From: a virus
DNA: 64,000 nucleotides
IMG/VR virus record: IMGVR_UViG_3300032236_001082
Location: 48,159-112,158 of that record
Strand: one strand, 5' to 3'
Under the pieces are notes generated by a model that saw nothing but the letters and a program-made list of their open reading frames with translations, was not told where the DNA came from and made no database searches. A program made the translations under genes and the position numbers. The stretch's first letter is position 1; each line of letters opens with the position of its first letter. Below are positions 8,997-14,137 of the stretch, piece by piece.

Positions 8997-9085
8997 GATA
9001 CTGCTGGTTTACCCTAGCCTTTTGCCAGCCTATTGTCCACGTCTGGAGTCGGACCCATTTTCTTCCGCCACGCAATAGTTGTATC
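8997..9085 (-). ncRNA. candidate structured RNA (three-way junction)
   Basis: Nested stems GATAC/GTATC, CTATTG/CAATAG, GCTGG/CCAGC. Confidence 0.4.
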
Positions 9086-9086
9086 G

Positions 9087-9159
9087 TACCCCAAGACAGA
9101 TTCGAACTGTCGCTGTATGGATTTTAAGTCCACTATCTCTACCGCTGGATTACTGGGGC
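9087..9159 (-). tRNA. tRNA-Leu(UAA), short variable arm
   Basis: GCCCCAG/TTGGGGT acceptor, GTGGA-CTTAAAA-TCCAT anticodon arm, GTTCGAATC. Confidence 0.85.
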
Positions 9160-9160
9160 T

Positions 9161-9235
9161 TGGAGCCCCCCGTCAGGATTGAACTGACGACCTTCCGCTT
9201 ACAAGGCGGATGCTCTACCACTGAGCTAGGGAGGC
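9161..9235 (-). tRNA. tRNA-Thr(UGU)
   Basis: GCCTCCC/GGGGGGC, loop CTTGTAA, encoded CCA. Confidence 0.95.
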
Positions 9236-9265
9236 GGATGCCAACCGTGATAAAAAACCGTTGGC

Positions 9266-9357
9266 TGTAGATACCTATCTAATTCTGCAGAGCAATCTCC
9301 ATCGTGCTGAACCACTTCGTATGATGCAGTTAGAACTCAATTTATCGGTATCCAACA
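9266..9357 (-). ncRNA. candidate structured RNA (long interrupted stem)
   Basis: GGATACC/GGTATCT and TCTAA-CTGCA/TGCAG-AA-TTAGA stems; flanked by two separate hairpins. Confidence 0.45.
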
Positions 9358-9391
9358 TCTCAGAATAAATTGTTCAGATTTATTCTTTGAG

Positions 9392-9464
9392 CCCCCTCGG
9401 CACGATTCGAACGTGCGACGCAGGCCTTAGAAGAGCCTCGCTCTATCCTCTGAGCTACGAAGGG
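9392..9464 (-). tRNA. tRNA-Arg(UCU)
   Basis: CCCTTCG/CGAGGGG, AGGCT-CTTCTAA-GGCCT, GTTCGAATC. Confidence 0.93.
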
Positions 9465-9471
9465 AAACCTA

Positions 9472-9984
9472 TTATGCAGAAAGAATTTTACTTAAAGAAT
9501 TAACTGTTGCTGCAATTCTTCCGATATCACGCAACTGTTCTACTGTATATCCTTCTTGCTTGAGAGTCTCATAATGCGCCTTAACGCAGAAATGACACTT
9601 ACCAATAATTGATGAAGCTAATGAATATGCTTCAAACTTAGCTTTTGTTGTACCGCCGTGTGATGCAATAGCATTCATTCTTAACTGTGCTGGTAAACCA
9701 GACAAAGCAGAATCATCCGCCATTTCAACGTAAGGATACCACACATTGTTTTGAGCCATCAAGGCACCAGCAGTCAAAGCAGCATTTTTTTCTACTTCAT
9801 CCGTTGCGCCTGCAGCAATAAATGCCAAAAGCTTTCCATTTCCTGTTGCAAAAGCAGCAGCAATTGCTAAATAAGTAACTTGATCTGGGTCAATCGTAGA
9901 ACGATTGACCACAGCATCTAAGTTCAACTTAATATCTTTTGCATATTCTGGCAAAGAATCTTTTAGTTGATCAACCCAAGACAT
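9472..9984 (-). CDS. ahpD: alkyl hydroperoxide reductase AhpD
   Basis: LPEYAKDIKLNL, AALTAGALMAQNNVWY, SIIGKCHFCVKAH; start MSWVDQ at 9984 overlaps the ahpC stop. Confidence 0.93.
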   Translation of the reverse strand: MSWVDQLKDSLPEYAKDIKLNLDAVVNRSTIDPDQVTYLAIAAAFATGNGKLLAFIAAGATDEVEKNAALTAGALMAQNNVWYPYVEMADDSALSGLPAQLRMNAIASHGGTTKAKFEAYSLASSIIGKCHFCVKAHYETLKQEGYTVEQLRDIGRIAATVNSLSKILSA

Positions 9985-10520
9985 TAGAGAGTTGCCCCTC
10001 CAAGTGGACGATTGCAAGCACAAAGCTCACCAGTCTGAAGTGCATCCAAGACACGAAGTGCCTCATCCGCATTGCGACCAACATCTAGGTTGTTTACTGT
10101 AATATGCTGAATTACATTCTCTGGGTCAACAATAAATGTTGCACGGAGTGTAACTCCTTGTGGGGTAATAATGCCCAAGTCTGATGAGAGTTCACGTGCT
10201 GAGTCAGCAAATGCCCATGAGTTTGTCTTAGCAAGATCTTCATGGTTATTACGCCAAGCGACCTTACAGAACTCATTATCAACTGAACCTGTCATAAGTA
10301 CCGCATCACGGTCATTAAAATCATTAACTAACTTGTCGTATGCAACAATTTCTGTTGGACATACAAACGTAAAATCTTTTGGATAAAATGCAATAATCTT
10401 CCACTTTCCAGCGAAAGAATCTTGATTCAAGTTCTCAAAAGAAGAATCATCATACGCCAATGCTCCTGGCTTAACACCAACAACATTGAAGTTTCCTAAC
10501 TTATCTCCTACGGTCTTCAT
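9984..10520 (-). CDS. ahpC: peroxiredoxin AhpC
   Basis: FYPKDFTFVCPTEI, RATFIVDP, VGRN..E.LRVLDALQ, LCAC (actinobacterial type). Confidence 0.95.
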   Translation of the reverse strand: MKTVGDKLGNFNVVGVKPGALAYDDSSFENLNQDSFAGKWKIIAFYPKDFTFVCPTEIVAYDKLVNDFNDRDAVLMTGSVDNEFCKVAWRNNHEDLAKTNSWAFADSARELSSDLGIITPQGVTLRATFIVDPENVIQHITVNNLDVGRNADEALRVLDALQTGELCACNRPLGGATL

Positions 10521-10537
10521 ATTTCTCCTTATATAAG

Positions 10538-10551
10538 AAGGCTTGCGCCTT
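10538..10551 (-). other. GNRA-capped mini hairpin between tRNA-Asp and ahpC
   Basis: AAGGC-GCAA-GCCTT. Confidence 0.5.
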
Positions 10552-10552
10552 G

Positions 10553-10626
10553 CGATCTCAACGGGACTTGAACCCGCAACCTCTACCGTGACAGGGTAGC
10601 GATCTAACCAATTGATCTATGAGATC
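10553..10626 (-). tRNA. tRNA-Asp(GUC)
   Basis: GATCTCA/TGAGATC, CTACC-CTGTCAC-GGTAG, G73. Confidence 0.95.
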
Positions 10627-10630
10627 CTAG

Positions 10631-10704
10631 TGGAACAGCTCGGACTTGAACCGAGGATTACCGAATTATGAGTTCGGGGCTTTAACCAACTAAGCTACTG
10701 TTCC
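10631..10704 (-). tRNA. tRNA with CAU anticodon (probably Ile2, lysidine type; elongator Met not excluded)
   Basis: GGAACAG/CTGTTCC paired 1-72 (not initiator), CCGAA-CTCATAA-TTCGG. Confidence 0.85.
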
Positions 10705-10706
10705 TT

Positions 10707-10783
10707 TGGTAGAATGTTTGCGAATTGAACGCAACTCTAGGGAGGATATAAGCCACCACCTGACCACCAGCCAGCCACATTCC
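10707..10783 (-). tRNA. atypical tRNA-Ile(UAU)
   Basis: GGAATGT/ACATTCT-A-CCA, 5-bp D stem with 5-nt loop, GGTGG-CTTATAT-CCTCC, TTGCG-TTCAATT-CGCAA. Confidence 0.7.
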
Positions 10784-10784
10784 G

Positions 10785-10857
10785 CTGGGGTGACAGGGAT
10801 CGAACCTGTGACACTTCGATTAACAGTCGAATGCTCTGCCTGCTGAGCTACACCCCA
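10785..10857 (-). tRNA. tRNA-Asn(GUU)
   Basis: TGGGGTG/CACCCCA, TTCGA-CTGTTAA-TCGAA, G73. Confidence 0.95.
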
Positions 10858-10862
10858 AAAGG

Positions 10863-10975
10863 GTACGGTAAGCAAATCCATCTGCACAGGCGTTGGGGTC
10901 TCTTACACCGCAAACGCTATAGCCGAGTATGTAATATGTAACTATAACATCCTAAGAAAGTGTTGCTTACCGTAC
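10863..10975 (-). ncRNA. candidate 113-nt structured RNA heading the tRNA operon
   Basis: 13-bp perfect terminal stem GTACGGTAAGCAA/TTGCTTACCGTAC starting 7 nt after TATAAT. Confidence 0.6.
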
Positions 10976-10981
10976 TATCAT

Positions 10982-10987
10982 ATTATA
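10982..10987 (-). promoter_or_regulatory. -10 element of tRNA operon promoter
   Basis: TATAAT in the intergenic region upstream of the RNA array. Confidence 0.7.
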
Positions 10988-10997
10988 CTATTAAGGG

Positions 10998-11585
10998 TTA
11001 TTTGATGTCAATAGTTTTGCCATTATAAGACGTGTCTGCATCTAATATTAAATTAGCTATATCTTCACGCATAGAATCTGTGATTGTGGCTGGGGATATT
11101 GAAAACATTGATTGATTATCTGATAATTGACTTGAAGCCGATCTAACGAATGCTTCTACTCCCGCCTTTACAGCAGAATAGTGTGCATCTTGAATAGGGA
11201 TATCAGCAGCAATTGATGATATAAATACTATTTGTCCATCAAACTCAAGCATATGTGTTAGATTCATTATAAGTGAAATATAATTAATTAAGAATGCATC
11301 ATAAAAACTTATCATTTCATCTTCAGCAACGTCTTTATAACTTCTACCCAAACCACTACCAGATAAAAATATTATCTTTGAGTAAAAATGTTTAGGAAGA
11401 AATGTAAAAAACATTTCTATAGAATGCTTATCATACAAATCAAGCTTAATCCAAGTGTAGTTATTGTATATCTTATCAACTTGTCTAAATGTCATTGCAG
11501 CGATTTCATAACCATTATTTTCTAATTTTGAAATGATAGGTTGAGCTAGGCTGGAAGTCCCGCCTATTATTAATACTTTTTTCAT
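10998..11585 (-). CDS. short-chain dehydrogenase/reductase (SDR)
   Basis: KVLIIGGTSSLA, IVFISS, catalytic YSAVK, ISPA. Confidence 0.85.
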   Translation of the reverse strand: MKKVLIIGGTSSLAQPIISKLENNGYEIAAMTFRQVDKIYNNYTWIKLDLYDKHSIEMFFTFLPKHFYSKIIFLSGSGLGRSYKDVAEDEMISFYDAFLINYISLIMNLTHMLEFDGQIVFISSIAADIPIQDAHYSAVKAGVEAFVRSASSQLSDNQSMFSISPATITDSMREDIANLILDADTSYNGKTIDIK

Positions 11586-11591
11586 TTTATC

Positions 11592-12170
11592 CTATATCGT
11601 TGTATTGTTGGAAGATCGGTTTCCGTACCCCGCAGATGACTGTCCATCATTTTCATATGTCGCTCTTGACGGGAAATAATATCTTGCATCTTGCATTGTG
11701 GAATTAAATTCTGGTCCCATTTGACCTTTATTGGATGGAACAAAAACTCCATCCCAAATTGATTTTTTGATAGGAATGCAATTAGGAACTGTTTTGCCAT
11801 CTTGTTCTTTTGTACCAGCATATTGATATCCTTCCCAACATGGTCCTTTACCTTTTGTAACACAATATGCACACTTTTCCGTATCAGAAATATAATGATG
11901 ATCATTTCCTAAATCATCGCATCCGCATGTCATGCATTTATTAACCACGTTATTCTCCTTATACTCCTCTGGGGTTTTAGTAGTCCTAACTTCATCGCTA
12001 AGTAGGTCTATTTTGGGGTTATCTAGGCCTTTAAGGGCCTCTTCTGCCTCTTCCTTAGTAAGGTAACAACCTATTGATTGTCCCGTCCCAGACTTTAAAA
12101 TAGAGTATCCGTGTTGACAATCTGGCGTACCAAACTCTATTGACCAGCCATCTCCACCTGTAAATATCAT
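11592..12170 (-). CDS. modular Cys-containing hypothetical protein
   Basis: Short modules (GCYLTKEEA, CMTCGC, PCWEGY...VPNCIP) separated by x-K-[C/G/S] motifs. Confidence 0.65.
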   Translation of the reverse strand: MIFTGGDGWSIEFGTPDCQHGYSILKSGTGQSIGCYLTKEEAEEALKGLDNPKIDLLSDEVRTTKTPEEYKENNVVNKCMTCGCDDLGNDHHYISDTEKCAYCVTKGKGPCWEGYQYAGTKEQDGKTVPNCIPIKKSIWDGVFVPSNKGQMGPEFNSTMQDARYYFPSRATYENDGQSSAGYGNRSSNNTTI

Positions 12171-13057
12171 TACCAGTTGTCTCCTGCATGATAATCAATT
12201 TTTTTCCAAATTGGTGTTGAATTGTTTACATAATCTTTTATACATACATATAAGAAGGAAGAATCATGTGCGATCATACCCTCAACATCTCCAGATACTC
12301 CATAAGAATGTGCGGGAACAGAAGATTTTACAATAACAGATTTAATATCGCTATTGTAAGAAATTTCACCCGTTGAAGTATTATAAGATAATGGCTTTAT
12401 GCCTGAAGATTGTGGTTTATAGCCTATACCATTTATATAAGTTTTACCACCATCTTGGTAGATACCATTAGATCCCCCACCAAAATAAATCTTACCTATG
12501 CCAGACTCTTCAACTAAACGCAAAACTACATTATCGTTTCCATCATGCAATTCAATATTGTTTGCAATAATTGCGGGAAGCTGGGCTTGTGCAATACCAT
12601 CAATAAAGAATACACCGTTATCAATAGTTAAAGCAACTTGCTGATTTGTTGTAGCGTCCGTAATATAGATAGTACCTTCACCGATTGAAATAGATTTCCA
12701 TCTGTGTGTATCATTTCCAAGAGTGTAAGCATTGTCTGAGGCTGGGATCAGGTCTGTACCTATTACAGTTTTACCAGATCCATCTGTACCAATATTTTGT
12801 GCCATTCCCGTTCCAAAAGAAATATACCCTTTTGAAGAATCTTCAAAACCTCTTATTGAAAGTGTATTTGCAAGGTTAACATCACCAAGCCAAACATCAT
12901 CACCAATTTTAACATTGGTTCCATTGCCGTTATTTGTTACATATAACTTATCATATGTATCTGTGGGGGTTCCATTTCCTGCTGGACCTTGTGCTCCAGT
13001 GTCACCTTTAGGCCCTGGGGCTCCTGTTCCTGGGGTGCTTATATGAATTCTAGACAT
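12170..13057 (-). CDS. fibre/spike-like protein with short collagen repeat
   Basis: GAPGPKGDTGAQGPAG; IPASDNAYTLG....RWKSI; C-terminal G..G.IAHDSSFLYVC...WKK. Confidence 0.6.
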   Translation of the reverse strand: MSRIHISTPGTGAPGPKGDTGAQGPAGNGTPTDTYDKLYVTNNGNGTNVKIGDDVWLGDVNLANTLSIRGFEDSSKGYISFGTGMAQNIGTDGSGKTVIGTDLIPASDNAYTLGNDTHRWKSISIGEGTIYITDATTNQQVALTIDNGVFFIDGIAQAQLPAIIANNIELHDGNDNVVLRLVEESGIGKIYFGGGSNGIYQDGGKTYINGIGYKPQSSGIKPLSYNTSTGEISYNSDIKSVIVKSSVPAHSYGVSGDVEGMIAHDSSFLYVCIKDYVNNSTPIWKKIDYHAGDNW

Positions 13058-13341
13058 TAATCTTGCACCAAGATGACTGCAACTGATGGAGTACCACTTG
13101 CTGCGATTGCGTATAAGTCATCCCCTGCTGAAACATCAAGGCTAAGTGCTCCACCTGGAATTAATCTAAATCCATAAGAGCTAGAAGTTACATTAGAACC
13201 ACCGATATAAATATTAATTGAAGAATCAACATTTTGCATAGAAACGGCTACATCTCTATTGTAAAATGGATCTATTGCTTCAGCAGTCAATTTGACTGGT
13301 GTAGAAGAATTAAGTGTTACTAAATTGTGTGTTAAAGACAT
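13057..13341 (-). CDS. small beta-sandwich putative virion protein
   Basis: QN....IYIGGSNVT...GFRLIPG...LYAIA pattern. Confidence 0.5.
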   Translation of the reverse strand: MSLTHNLVTLNSSTPVKLTAEAIDPFYNRDVAVSMQNVDSSINIYIGGSNVTSSSYGFRLIPGGALSLDVSAGDDLYAIAASGTPSVAVILVQD

Positions 13342-13365
13342 TATTGGTACCTCCAGTACGTTTAT

Positions 13366-13374
13366 ATTATACCA
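13366..13374 (-). promoter_or_regulatory. extended -10 promoter
   Basis: TGGTATAAT upstream of GGAGG RBS. Confidence 0.65.
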
Positions 13375-13632
13375 TTATTGTTTATAAATATCACTCAAGA
13401 TATCTTCATCTGGTTTAGATGGATCATTATCTGTATACAATGCCTTCAAAGCTTTTTTATTTTCCATCTTTTGTGCTGATTCTCCCATACCAATCATAAG
13501 CATGACAGAAGGAATAATTATATCAATTGGAAGGCTAGGAAAGTGTTTATTTATATATAGGATTAAAGCAGAAAGATACCCAGCTATTTTAGCTGGGTTC
13601 TTCCTAGTATAATTTGCTACTCTTGCCCACAT
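13375..13632 (-). CDS. small membrane protein (holin-like)
   Basis: Two hydrophobic segments, charged C-tail; ATG 7 nt after TATAAT. Confidence 0.5.
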   Translation of the reverse strand: MWARVANYTRKNPAKIAGYLSALILYINKHFPSLPIDIIIPSVMLMIGMGESAQKMENKKALKALYTDNDPSKPDEDILSDIYKQ

Positions 13633-13638
13633 GTATTA

Positions 13639-13647
13639 ATTATATCA
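13639..13647 (-). promoter_or_regulatory. extended -10 promoter (leaderless)
   Basis: TGATATAAT. Confidence 0.6.
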
Positions 13648-13950
13648 TTAATTAGATGTAGGTGCTTTTTTGTCTACCGCTGCAAAAGCTGCATTAATTT
13701 CATCTACTGTAAGCTTGCCGTCATCTAGGAAACCACGTGCGAGTCTTTCGACTACAGTGGCTACGCCTAATGTGCCTGCAAGTATGACTGCTTTAGCAGT
13801 GCTTATGCCAACTACGGCACCCGCACCAATAACACTCAAACCAGAAGCAGCAAAAACAGCAACAATTCGCATGAATATGTTATTAATGCTTGCTATTGCA
13901 CCAGATCCAACTTGTGTTGGCTCTTCTACAACTTTATCGTTCTTTGCCAT
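13648..13950 (-). CDS. 2-TM membrane protein
   Basis: Two Gly/Ala-rich TM helices then DDGKLTVDEINAAF. Confidence 0.7.
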   Translation of the reverse strand: MAKNDKVVEEPTQVGSGAIASINNIFMRIVAVFAASGLSVIGAGAVVGISTAKAVILAGTLGVATVVERLARGFLDDGKLTVDEINAAFAAVDKKAPTSN

Positions 13951-13954
13951 TTTG

Positions 13955-14137
13955 TTACTCCTTTCCTTTTGGATTTCTTAATCTATATGTTGCGACCCAC
14001 AAGAAGATAGAGATAAGTATTGCATCTCCAACAACTGTTTTTGCAGATCCCGTCAAAACAAGCCATGCAGAGAATAGACCAACGAAAGTCCAAATCTGAT
14101 TGGCTAGGTCTGACATTAAACCTTTAATTAGTTTCAT
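13955..14137 (-). CDS. small 2-TM membrane protein
   Basis: WTFVGLFSAWLVLTGSAK..G; ATGA overlap with upstream gene. Confidence 0.7.
   Translation of the reverse strand: MKLIKGLMSDLANQIWTFVGLFSAWLVLTGSAKTVVGDAILISIFLWVATYRLRNPKGKE

Noticed and set aside
8955-9391. HDV-like (theta), hammerhead or twister ribozymes in tRNA trailers
   Set aside because: Could not find the required nested pseudoknot order or catalytic core consensus by eye; needs Infernal to exclude formally
8841-10887. ORF-track calls 9079..9270, 10690..10887 and the upstream part of 8616..8939
   Set aside because: They overlap clear tRNA genes
11582-11905. 107-aa alternative-frame ORF
   Set aside because: Nested within 11592..12170, which has the recognisable motifs and a coupled start
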